A stretch of 64,000 nt of DNA from a bacterium (GTDB taxonomy: Bacteria; Armatimonadota; Chthonomonadetes; Chthonomonadales; CAJBBX01), in the NCBI GenBank assembly GCA_021811565.1, contig JAJZOL010000206.1, forward strand, positions 9,105 through 73,104, read 5' to 3'. Below are positions 47,335-56,042 of this stretch, in pieces. Under the pieces are notes generated by a model. It did no database searches. It saw nothing but the letters and a program-made list of their open reading frames with translations, and was not told where the DNA came from. The first letter of the stretch is position 1. Each line of letters starts with the position of its first letter. Made by a program: the position numbers and the translations under genes.

Positions 47335-49130
47335 TATTTTATCTCCTCAAACATCGCCGCCAACTCGGGAGCCATTGCCGGTACGGGTCTATGTATCAAC
47401 TTTACTGCGTCCCCATCTCTCTGTGCTATGAGATTTATCTTTCCCCACTCCTCGCTTGCATCCGTGTAATCCAACCTCCATTGCGCGCCTCTGCTCTCCT
47501 TGCGTTCCAAGGCGCATCTGCAGATAATTTCGGATGTTTTCAACATGAATCGAATATCTCTTGCGGTATGCCAGCCAGGATTGTAGACTCGATCGCCCTC
47601 CACGTGAATGGATTTTGCTCGCTCCTGCAACTCCATTACCTTATTCAGAGCTTTGGTGAGGCTCTCCTCCGTTCGGGCGATCATAGCGCCCTCCTGCATC
47701 GCTTCCTGCAGTTCCTGGGTGAGTTTGAATGGGTTCTCCTTTCCCGGATTGGTGAACGGCGCGAGGAGTGTATTGGCTTCTTCTTCAATTTGAGACGAAT
47801 CGATTTTTCCGAAATCCGCATTTTTGGCGAATTCGGCGGCATGATCGCCCGCACGTTTGCCGAATACCAGGATATCCGTCAGGGAGTTTCCCCCCAAGCG
47901 GTTCGCTCCATGCAGACCCGCAGCCGACTCCCCAGCGGCGAACAGCCCCTTGATGGATGTGGAGCAGGTTTCCGATTCAGTCCATATACCGCCCATGGTG
48001 TAGTGAATGGTGGGATAGATCTCCATCGGTTGCTTGGTGATGTCGATGCCGCCCAATGAGTAGAACTGCTCCCACATGCTGGGTAGTCGACGTTTGATGT
48101 ACTCCGCTCCCATTTGCGAAACGTCCAAGTAGATTCCGCCGTGTTCGCTTCCCCGACCCGCCAACACCTCTTTGTAAATAGCACGAGAAACCACGTCACG
48201 CGGGAGAAGTTCCGGGGGACGGCGATTGTTAACCTTATCGGTAAGCCACCTGTAGCCCTCCTCTTCCGTATCTGCGTATTGCCCCTTGTAGAGTTCAGGC
48301 ATGTATTCGGGATTGAACATGAAGCGTTCGCCCTTGTTGTTCTTCAGAATTCCACCATCTCCGCGAACCGCTTCGGTGACAAGGATTCCTCTCACTCCCG
48401 GAGGCCAAAGCATGCCGGTCGGATGAAACTGAACCATTTCCATGTCCATGAGTTCCGCTCCCGCCTCATAAGCCATGCCCGCGCCATCACCGGTTGATTC
48501 CCATGAATTGGAGGTGAACTTGTACATTCGTCCCCATCCCCCGGTCGCGAATACAATGGCTTTGGCCCTGAATGCGACGAACTCACCGGTTTGACGGTTA
48601 TATCCAAAAGCTCCGACGGCTCTATCACCATCCATGAGTAGCCTGGTAAGAGTGTGTTCCATATAGACGATGGGTTTGTAAGAAACCACCTTGTCCTGCA
48701 GCGTGCGGATAAGTTCCAGCCCGGTACGATCTCCAACGTGATTTAAACGACGATAGGTATGACCGCCGAAGGGACGCTGAGAAATGAGACCTTCAGGCGT
48801 TCTATCAAACACCGCACCGTATTCCTCCAATTCGCGCACTCGATCGGGAGCTTCTTTGGAGAATATTTCCACGATCCGCGGATTGTTGATAAATCTCCCA
48901 CCTTTCATCGTATCCTTAAAATGAACCTTCCAGTTGTCTGGTTCGCCCATGTTTCCTAGTGCCGCTGCGGCGCCTCCTTCAGCCATCACCGTGTGAGCTT
49001 TTCCCAGAAGAGATTTGGTGACGATTCCACAAGACAAACCGGCTTGGCATATGGAAATCGCCGCTCTCAAACCGGAGCCGCCCGCTCCGACCACCAGGAC
49101 ATCCTGATCATATGTAGTGTATTTTTCCAT
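47334..49130 (-). CDS. sdhA: Succinate dehydrogenase/fumarate reductase flavoprotein subunit
   Basis: VVGAGGSGLRAA, AHTVMAEGG (FAD-linking His), HPTG, HYTMGG, ESRGAQ. Confidence 0.95.
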   Translation of the reverse strand: MEKYTTYDQDVLVVGAGGSGLRAAISICQAGLSCGIVTKSLLGKAHTVMAEGGAAAALGNMGEPDNWKVHFKDTMKGGRFINNPRIVEIFSKEAPDRVRELEEYGAVFDRTPEGLISQRPFGGHTYRRLNHVGDRTGLELIRTLQDKVVSYKPIVYMEHTLTRLLMDGDRAVGAFGYNRQTGEFVAFRAKAIVFATGGWGRMYKFTSNSWESTGDGAGMAYEAGAELMDMEMVQFHPTGMLWPPGVRGILVTEAVRGDGGILKNNKGERFMFNPEYMPELYKGQYADTEEEGYRWLTDKVNNRRPPELLPRDVVSRAIYKEVLAGRGSEHGGIYLDVSQMGAEYIKRRLPSMWEQFYSLGGIDITKQPMEIYPTIHYTMGGIWTESETCSTSIKGLFAAGESAAGLHGANRLGGNSLTDILVFGKRAGDHAAEFAKNADFGKIDSSQIEEEANTLLAPFTNPGKENPFKLTQELQEAMQEGAMIARTEESLTKALNKVMELQERAKSIHVEGDRVYNPGWHTARDIRFMLKTSEIICRCALERKESRGAQWRLDYTDASEEWGKINLIAQRDGDAVKLIHRPVPAMAPELAAMFEEIK

Positions 49131-49955
49131 TTACAGTATCCTTATGTCCTTGAACATTCCGGAAGCAACCGCCATGACGTAAAAATCGGTGAACCATACG
49201 GACAGCATACTCACCCAGGCCCATAGTGCATGATTATGGTTAAGAAAACTAACCTTTTTCCATATTCCATACGAGGATCGTGTGCCGCAGGAGCAGGAAT
49301 AGCAATTGTGTTTGCCTCCAATGAAATGTCGCCATGAGTGACAAGAGAATGTATAAAGCGATAGGAGAATGATGTTAACGAGAAACACAATAGATCCCAC
49401 GCCGATGCCGAAATGGTGAGTGCCATCAGGATTGGTCCAGATGAATGCATCGACAGTATCCTTCCAGAGGATGATCACAATGACCACGGCGGCGTAAAAA
49501 GCGTAACGATGCAAATTCTGAAGTATGAACGGAAATTTTCGCTCGCCGGTGTATTTCATTCGTGCATCGGCCCTAGGTTCCGCTACGGCGCACGCCGGCG
49601 GATCCCAAAAGAAAGACCTGTAATACGCCTTTCGGTAATAATAGCAGGTGAGCCTGAACGCCAAAGGAAAGATCAAAATGTAGATCGCAGGGGATACCAT
49701 TTTCAAACCAAATAGGGGAAGGTGTAGATACCATGCGATCGGTAAAAGCGGTGAGTAGAACGGTGAAAGGTAATCCGCCCCATTGTTCGTATAGTGGTAG
49801 TAGTTGTTCTCAAATGCACGGAAAGTGGTATAGATACCGAAGAGTGTGAGCACTACGACCGTCAATAGCGGCATTAACCACCAATCTCGCTCACGATTTT
49901 CCATTGGGAGAGGTGCGCGACCCTCTTCACGGGAATTTGCTGAATAGGATGCCAT
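49131..49955 (-). CDS. sdhC: Succinate dehydrogenase cytochrome b subunit (single 5-TM, b558-type)
   Basis: 274 aa with about 5 TM helices and conserved His residues. It sits immediately upstream of sdhA. AGGAGG precedes the ATG. Confidence 0.7.
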   Translation of the reverse strand: MASYSANSREEGRAPLPMENRERDWWLMPLLTVVVLTLFGIYTTFRAFENNYYHYTNNGADYLSPFYSPLLPIAWYLHLPLFGLKMVSPAIYILIFPLAFRLTCYYYRKAYYRSFFWDPPACAVAEPRADARMKYTGERKFPFILQNLHRYAFYAAVVIVIILWKDTVDAFIWTNPDGTHHFGIGVGSIVFLVNIILLSLYTFSCHSWRHFIGGKHNCYSCSCGTRSSYGIWKKVSFLNHNHALWAWVSMLSVWFTDFYVMAVASGMFKDIRIL

Positions 49956-49990
49956 TTTTCCTCCTTCTTAACCCGTTTGTTTTTTTGTAT

Positions 49991-50073
49991 AGTAATTGCA
50001 AAACGAATCGTCTACGCGGAAATTGAGGGGGGGATAATCTCAATAGGGTAAAGATATGATTTTGCAATTTACT
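49991..50073. repeat. Copy C of the inverted-repeat-bounded element
   Basis: AGTAATTGCAAAACGAATC...GATTTTGCAATTTACT with an inner hairpin ATTGAG-GGGGGGATAAT-CTCAAT. It lies between the ywiC-like stop and the sdhC start. Confidence 0.65.
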
Positions 50074-50170
50074 TCTTGGAAAAGTTATTCACTTGATATT
50101 ATACTTTATTCCGGACACGATGAAGTAATCTTACCCTATAAAGACGGATATTGAATGTTAAAAGTGAGAA

Positions 50171-51004
50171 TTATATAATAATGCAACATATAAACCAGAT
50201 GGAGTATAAAGTTTCCATGTAACCGACTTTTTTGAGTGGAGGAATTCCATATGGCGGATGCAATATTCCTCTCCAGGCTCGGTACGATACCGGCAGGAAG
50301 GCGATGGCGATCCATAATCCGCGTATGCCGACAAAGTAGAAGGGCAGAAGGGTGAAGGGGATTATGAGGAGATGATAGAGTCGGCTTGGGCCGACGATGC
50401 GTTGATACATTTCCGGTGTGTTTTCTTTGGCAAGCTTGCCACTTTCCAGCAGCATTTTGACATGGAATATCCCGCTTCCGAAAAACAGCAGGCAGGCGCC
50501 CCATTCCATCCAAGATTCGAATGGAGCATTCGTGGTGCATACGATCCAAGTCGCTGGTCCCGTGAGACAGAGGGCGGCAATGCCCAGCAACTCCCCCCAA
50601 ACGGTTCGATCCAATCGCTTACGAGAAGGAATGACGGACAGCCATGCATGCAAGACGAATAGCATCATTGCCGCGAGGAATATTATCGCAAGCCTCAATG
50701 CATCTCCCCTAAGCAATAGGAAGATTCCGGATATGAATGTGATTAGAAGGTAGAGAAACAGCCATATCTTAGTTTTGGAATCCCCTTTGCCTCTTAACGC
50801 TAACTCAGCGGCATGTCGGCTGAGAAAGGCTCCGGTGATTATGCACAATAACAGGGAAAAGGGGATGAAAGAAATGGAGCCGATACGAAACGCCGCAATG
50901 ATTACGGGGGCATACAGCATTATCCAAGCCCCGTGCTCGCGAGGCAAGGGAATGTCCCACGCCTTATTTTTCCCATACATAGTAGTCGTGCTCATTTGTC
51001 TCAC
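50171..51004 (-). CDS. YwiC-like polytopic membrane protein
   Basis: 277 aa with about 8 TM helices. The N-terminal PREHGAWIMLYAPVII block is typical of the YwiC family as I recall it. Confidence 0.5.
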   Translation of the reverse strand: MRQMSTTTMYGKNKAWDIPLPREHGAWIMLYAPVIIAAFRIGSISFIPFSLLLCIITGAFLSRHAAELALRGKGDSKTKIWLFLYLLITFISGIFLLLRGDALRLAIIFLAAMMLFVLHAWLSVIPSRKRLDRTVWGELLGIAALCLTGPATWIVCTTNAPFESWMEWGACLLFFGSGIFHVKMLLESGKLAKENTPEMYQRIVGPSRLYHLLIIPFTLLPFYFVGIRGLWIAIAFLPVSYRAWRGILHPPYGIPPLKKVGYMETLYSIWFICCIII

Positions 51005-51018
51005 CCCCGAACTTTCAT

Positions 51019-51732
51019 TTACTTTAACTCAGCCTCCCGCGCTTGCGCTCTCGGAAAGAGGATGTGGTTTTCGCGGTGGATGTGGCGATGGGTGTCGCTT
51101 TCCAATTCGTGAAGAGCTTCGAGCATCGCTTTGTAGGTGTTGCATGCATCTTCCGGAGGTATGTAGTCTTTGGTGATGGATCGCATTTTTTCCAACGCCT
51201 CGCCTGTAGACTCATGCTCGCTCATCATGACGTGAATTGGGTTGGCAACGGTGTAGCAGTGAAATTCCGGCGCAGATGTCGCTGTTTCCAATTGTTTGAT
51301 CATGGGGAAGAGAACATGCTCCTCTTTCATCAAATGCGATGTTATCTCCTCCTCAAAGGAACTGAACACTGATAGTAAGTCTCGCAGTTCGGGATGGTTG
51401 GCTTTGTGCACTTCAGCGAGTTTTTCGATCATTTTTTTGATCCTTGGCATCTCTCTGCGCAAGTTTTCATGATGCACTGCCACGATGTCATCGCATAACT
51501 CATGCAAGGGAGCCGTATTCCAATCCCTTTCCGATTCCGGATGCTCTTTGTCGTTGGCATCTATCTCCTGAAGCACCTTCTCCACATTCAGTCCCTGCAC
51601 CCTGCATATATCCGACAGAGGGATATCCCCCCCGCAACAAAAGTCAATTCCGTTATTTTCGAAAACCTTCGATCTGCTTATCTTCTCGGAGACAATCTCC
51701 GCAACCGTCGATTCCGGTGATATTTTTGACAT
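51019..51732 (-). CDS. ric: Iron-sulfur cluster repair di-iron protein (RIC; ScdA/YtfE family)
   Basis: ScdA_N motif IDFCCGG, followed by hemerythrin-like His/Glu blocks (HHENL, HLMKEEHVLFP, HIHRENHILFP). Confidence 0.85.
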   Translation of the reverse strand: MSKISPESTVAEIVSEKISRSKVFENNGIDFCCGGDIPLSDICRVQGLNVEKVLQEIDANDKEHPESERDWNTAPLHELCDDIVAVHHENLRREMPRIKKMIEKLAEVHKANHPELRDLLSVFSSFEEEITSHLMKEEHVLFPMIKQLETATSAPEFHCYTVANPIHVMMSEHESTGEALEKMRSITKDYIPPEDACNTYKAMLEALHELESDTHRHIHRENHILFPRAQAREAELK

Positions 51733-51771
51733 CTTATTGATCCTTTCCTTTATAAGTTGTTAACCACAGTC

Positions 51772-52092
51772 TTACTTGCCTTGCATGTACAAAAGCATTA
51801 TCATGGGTGTCTTGGCGACGATACTGTGAGAAACGTTCGCCTGCATGATGGCAAACGCCCCCTCTCTTATCTCATACGATTCTTCGCCAAGTGTGAGCAG
51901 TCCCTCGCCTTTTAAGATGTGCAGTGATGCCGGAATGGATGAGGTATGTTCGGAAAGCTCCTGTCCGGTATCGAATCCAAAAAGTATCGTTTTGCCTCCT
52001 GCATCGCTGTTGAGCGTTCTACTAACAATACTCTCTTTCGCTACACTCACTTCATCTACGAGATTAGCAAAGAAGCGGTATTGATTTTTCAT
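51772..52092 (-). CDS. Small cupin-domain protein
   Basis: 106 aa with a beta-barrel-type pattern (GQELSEHTSSIPASLHILKGEG...VSHSIVA). Confidence 0.55.
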   Translation of the reverse strand: MKNQYRFFANLVDEVSVAKESIVSRTLNSDAGGKTILFGFDTGQELSEHTSSIPASLHILKGEGLLTLGEESYEIREGAFAIMQANVSHSIVAKTPMIMLLYMQGK

Positions 52093-52145
52093 TTTTATAT
52101 TCCTTTCATGATCATAGAGCGTAGGGATGAATGGAAAACTGCGAA

Positions 52146-54437
52146 CTATTTGGCATTGACTAAGTCATCCAATGGTTTGTCAGCCGAGCCTTGCTCTATG
52201 GACCATCCCGTTTTCAGACCCGCCACGAACCAACAAAATGCGAAAATACCAAATGCGAAGAGGGTATCACCGAATATTCTCATCCATCTCAAATGAACCA
52301 TGATCGGTCTCTGTAGAAATCCAGCCGACCTAGCGTACCACATTCCATGCGTCATGCTCGCTAATGCCTGCAGCAGACCCACAGGTAAAAGCGAGAGCAC
52401 CACCATCAAAACGAGCCCGATGTTGGTTGCCCAGAATGCGAACACCAACGGCTTGTCCTTCCAAGTCTTTTGCACGTCCATTCCTTTTAGACAGAAAAGC
52501 ATCAAGCCCAAACCCAGCATGCCATATACGCCAAAGAGAGCGGTATGGGCGTGTACGGGGGTGGTGTTTAACCCTTGCATGTAATAAAGGTTAATGGGCG
52601 GGTTGATGAGAAAACCGAACAGTCCCGCACCCACAAGATTCCAAAAGCCAACAGCAACGAAATAGTAAATCGGCCATTTATACTCTTGAATCCAAGGCTT
52701 TGATTGGCTGATTTTCAAGTTCCCATAAGCTTCGAATCCCACAAGCGAAAGCGGAACAACCTCCAATGCGCTGAATGTGGCCCCAAGGGCGAGAATGGAT
52801 GTAGGCGTGCCAGAGAAGTAGAGGTGATGGAATGTACCGATGATCCCTCCAGCAAGGAATATTATTGACGAGAATAGTATCGAACTGGCGGCGCTCGTGC
52901 TTTTCAACAAACCCATTCTGGTGAATAGAAAAGCAATCACAACCGTGGAGAACACCTCGAAAAATCCCTCCACCCAGAGATGCACAACCCACCATCGCCA
53001 GTACTCAGCTATCGCAAGATTAGTCTGACGTCCGTACATCAACCCCGCTCCGTAAAATAGTGCGATCGCGGTGGCGGATATGATGAAAATACTGAGGAGT
53101 TGTTTGTTCTCCCCGGCTTTCTTGAGAGCGGGCCATAAGGCTCCCGTCATTAACCCAAGCCACAAAAGCAAGCCCACGAAAAGAAATATCTGCCAGAACC
53201 TTCCCAGATCCAGATATTCGTATCCCTGATGTCCAAACCAGAAATTCACATCCAATCCCAGTTTCTGCTGGACGCCAAGCCATTCACCGATCATCGAACC
53301 GGCTACGATGATTAACAGACAGACAAACAGGAAGTTCACCCCCGCTTTCTGCCACTTCGGTTCGTATCCTGATACCGCCGGCGCCACGAAAAGCCCCGTA
53401 GCAAGCCATGCCGTGGCAATCCAGAATATTCCGAGTTGCAAATGCCATGTGCGCGTGATTGCGTAGGGTAACCATTTTGAGAGCGGAATGCCATAGAATC
53501 CTTCGCCTTCCACACCATAATGCGCGGTAATGATTCCCATCGCAATTTGAAACAACAACATCGCCAAAACCACCCAAAAATACTTTAAAGTCGCAAGCAT
53601 GGATGGAGTCGGCTTGAGATTGAGCAAAGGATCCTTTTCAGGCACGATGACTTTGTCATCATCGGACTCCTCCTTCCGACGCACGGCAAAATACCAGGAA
53701 AGTGCTCCTATGCCGGCAATTAATAATACGACGCTGATTATGGACCAAAGGATAAGGGATCCCGTAGGTGCATTGTTTATTAACCGCTCAGGCGGCCAGT
53801 TATTTGTGTAGGTGATATTAGACCCGGGGCGGTTCGTCATGCACGCCCAAGCCGCCCAAAAGAAGAAACCGCATAACTCTTTCCTTCTCTGCAAACTTGG
53901 GAGCGGATTGTCCGGAATCGCGTAATCCTTTCTCAATTGATTCATCGATGGATCGGAGCCGAACAACGAGATGTAATGAGCCGAGACCGCTTGGATAGCT
54001 TGAGCGATAGTTGGGGATACAACGATATTACCGGTTGAGGGGTCATAGGTGTTTTTCCGTAATACATCGCTTAGCCTTGCCCGCAACGCCGCTTTTTGCT
54101 CATCCGTCAAAAATTGATAATCTGGATAACCCTCATCCTTCGCCCAGTCATTAAGTATCCACATTGCTTCTCTGTGCAGCCAATCTGCGGACCAGTCGGG
54201 AGCGACGTAGGCGCCATGCCCCCATACCGTCCCAACTTCCTGACCTCCCATGGACTGCCATGCATTTTGTCCGTTTCTTATCTCCCTGCCCGTGAAGAGT
54301 GTCTGTCCATCCTGTGTGACAACGCGGTTCGGAATCGGAGGTGCTTCAACGTATATCTCCCTTCCGAAATACCCTAACACGGCGAAAGAGAATGTAACGA
54401 CTATGCCCAGGACTATCCACAATCGCAAGTTTTTCAT
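52146..54437 (-). CDS. norB: Quinol-dependent nitric oxide reductase (qNOR, long NorB/NorZ form)
   Basis: 763 aa. An N-terminal extension with one TM helix precedes a heme-copper oxidase core of about 12 TM helices. Ligand motifs HLWVEGFFE, FHHLYFSG, HAHTALFGVYG. GGAGGA precedes the ATG. Confidence 0.85.
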   Translation of the reverse strand: MKNLRLWIVLGIVVTFSFAVLGYFGREIYVEAPPIPNRVVTQDGQTLFTGREIRNGQNAWQSMGGQEVGTVWGHGAYVAPDWSADWLHREAMWILNDWAKDEGYPDYQFLTDEQKAALRARLSDVLRKNTYDPSTGNIVVSPTIAQAIQAVSAHYISLFGSDPSMNQLRKDYAIPDNPLPSLQRRKELCGFFFWAAWACMTNRPGSNITYTNNWPPERLINNAPTGSLILWSIISVVLLIAGIGALSWYFAVRRKEESDDDKVIVPEKDPLLNLKPTPSMLATLKYFWVVLAMLLFQIAMGIITAHYGVEGEGFYGIPLSKWLPYAITRTWHLQLGIFWIATAWLATGLFVAPAVSGYEPKWQKAGVNFLFVCLLIIVAGSMIGEWLGVQQKLGLDVNFWFGHQGYEYLDLGRFWQIFLFVGLLLWLGLMTGALWPALKKAGENKQLLSIFIISATAIALFYGAGLMYGRQTNLAIAEYWRWWVVHLWVEGFFEVFSTVVIAFLFTRMGLLKSTSAASSILFSSIIFLAGGIIGTFHHLYFSGTPTSILALGATFSALEVVPLSLVGFEAYGNLKISQSKPWIQEYKWPIYYFVAVGFWNLVGAGLFGFLINPPINLYYMQGLNTTPVHAHTALFGVYGMLGLGLMLFCLKGMDVQKTWKDKPLVFAFWATNIGLVLMVVLSLLPVGLLQALASMTHGMWYARSAGFLQRPIMVHLRWMRIFGDTLFAFGIFAFCWFVAGLKTGWSIEQGSADKPLDDLVNAK

Positions 54438-54491
54438 TCATATCCTCCAAATCGTTGGTATAGAGAGAACACAGGCTTTGAATGCGTAATT

Positions 54492-54515
54492 AATCTGGAT
54501 AAACTTATCCAGATT
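54492..54515. promoter_or_regulatory. Operator 1: 24-bp palindrome with perfect 11-bp arms, AATCTGGATAA-AC-TTATCCAGATT (candidate Rrf2/NsrR site)
   Basis: Read directly from the norB/rrf2 divergent intergenic region. It overlaps the -35 of the candidate rrf2 promoter. Confidence 0.6.
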
Positions 54516-54542
54516 GTTTCTATTATACATACGTGGTATACT
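54514..54542 (+). promoter_or_regulatory. Candidate sigma-70 promoter (TTGTTT-17 nt-TATACT) for the Rrf2 regulator gene
   Basis: TTGTTT at 54514-54519 and TATACT at 54537-54542. Both hexamers are overlapped by the two operators. Confidence 0.4.
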
Positions 54543-54561
54543 GGATGTCAATATCCAGATT
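54538..54561. promoter_or_regulatory. Operator 2: ATACTGGATGTCAATATCCAGATT, second copy of the CTGGAT-N6-ATCCAGATT motif
   Basis: It shares CTGGAT...ATCCAGATT with operator 1 at identical spacing and lies 46 bp (start to start) downstream of it. Confidence 0.55.
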
Positions 54562-54670
54562 TGAAAATTTTTTAGCATATCGAATAATTCAGGTTCCATG
54601 AGGAGTTTTTCGTGGATTGACATTCGCGTTGTCCACCACTTAGGATGCCCAAGGGGGTAAAGGAGCTTTC

Positions 54671-55057
54671 ATGATCTCACAAACCGCTGAATACGCATTG
54701 CGAGCCGTCACTCATATGGCGAAAAGCAGGGAATCATCCTTGTCCACGCGTCAGATTGCAGATGCGACAGAGGTGCCCATCGCTTATTTGTCCAAAGTAC
54801 TACAGTCGTTAACTAAGGCTGGCGTGATCCATTCCCATAGAGGATTGAAGGGGGGATTCTCACTTGTACGACCTCCAGAGCAGATTACGGTTTACGAAGT
54901 GGTCAATGCCGTGGATCCCATGAAGAGAATCGAGAGTTGTCCACTGAAAAATACTTCTCATGGAAAAAACCTCTGCCCGCTTCACAGAAGGCTGGATTCC
55001 GTTTTGGAGGCCACTGAGAACGCTTTTCGCTCCACAACTTTGGCGGAATTGCTTTGA
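54671..55057 (+). CDS. Rrf2-family transcriptional regulator (NsrR-like by context; only two Cys)
   Basis: N-terminal winged HTH (LSTRQIADATEVPIAYLSKVLQSLTKAGVIHSHRGLKGG). Cys only in ESCPL and NLCPLH. AAGGAG precedes the ATG. Confidence 0.8.
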   Translation: MISQTAEYALRAVTHMAKSRESSLSTRQIADATEVPIAYLSKVLQSLTKAGVIHSHRGLKGGFSLVRPPEQITVYEVVNAVDPMKRIESCPLKNTSHGKNLCPLHRRLDSVLEATENAFRSTTLAELL

Positions 55058-55166
55058 ACCGCAAATGATTGAGAATTAGGAATCGTATCGTACATAAGGT
55101 GGTTGCTTGGTCGTAATTAACTATTTGCATGCGAAAGGAATATAGGTCGTAACGATCAAAGAAAAC

Positions 55167-56042
55167 ATGTTATACGAGATTCGTTTTACCAAAATGCAAG
55201 GCGTGGGGAATGATTTCATCGTGCTGGAGGACTCGCGTAATCCGGATTTGAATTGGTCTTCAGTGGCGACAAAACTATGCGACAGAAGATTCGGGATCGG
55301 TTCCGATGGCATTTTGATTCTATCGCGTCCGAAATCCGCCGATTTGCGGATGATCATGCTAAACCCTGACGGCACGTATGATTTTTGCGGTAATGGATTG
55401 CGATGCTCCGCCCGTTACGCATTGGAAAGAGGTTTGCTCTCAAAGAATGGAGAAAAGGATCGATGTATCTCTATCGACACCAAGGCGGGTGTCCGGCGGG
55501 CGATCCTCCATGACAGCGATGTGACGGTTGGGATGAGCACGCCGAGTTTCCATCCGAAAGCGATTCCAGCCCTATCTTCCGAGGAGATATTGGACTATCC
55601 ATTGGAACTGCAAGATGGCGAGCGACTAACCATATCAGCGGTATCCACTGGGTCTGCGCATGCGATCACGTTCACGGATAGCTTGCCAGATGACGATAGC
55701 TTTCAAAAAATAAGCTCTCAGGTTGAGAACCACCCCTTATTTCCCGAAAGGATTAGCTTGATGTGGGTTAAGATGGAGGGCAAAAATCATGCCAGAATAC
55801 GCATCTGGGAGCGCGGAGTGGGGGAGACCCTTGGCTGCGGGACGGGGGCTTGCGCCGTTGCAGCGGAAATGTTTCGGAAGAACCCCGATTGCAATGAAGT
55901 GTGTGTTAGCAGCAAGGGTGGAGATTTGTATATTCAACAAATGGGTAACGGGGAATTGATGATGCGAGGGCCGGCGGAATTTGTTTACGATGGCATATGT
56001 CATTTGAAACTCCTATCCGACGGATCCGCCTCATTCACGTAA
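55167..56042 (+). CDS. dapF: Diaminopimelate epimerase
   Basis: FTKMQGVGNDFIV, catalytic Cys motifs FCGNGLRC and GCGTGACA. Confidence 0.9.
   Translation: MLYEIRFTKMQGVGNDFIVLEDSRNPDLNWSSVATKLCDRRFGIGSDGILILSRPKSADLRMIMLNPDGTYDFCGNGLRCSARYALERGLLSKNGEKDRCISIDTKAGVRRAILHDSDVTVGMSTPSFHPKAIPALSSEEILDYPLELQDGERLTISAVSTGSAHAITFTDSLPDDDSFQKISSQVENHPLFPERISLMWVKMEGKNHARIRIWERGVGETLGCGTGACAVAAEMFRKNPDCNEVCVSSKGGDLYIQQMGNGELMMRGPAEFVYDGICHLKLLSDGSASFT

Noticed and set aside
46507-48059. Plus-strand ORFs of 190 aa (46507-47079) and 247 aa (47316-48059)
   Set aside because: They are antisense to sdhB and sdhA, which carry unmistakable Fe-S and FAD motifs. No protein-like features are present.
20157-50073. 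Reading the GGTAATTGC repeats as a CRISPR array
   Set aside because: The copies are kilobases apart, lie in different intergenic regions and in both orientations, are internally palindromic, and are ~85 bp long. This is not a repeat-spacer array, and there are no cas genes.
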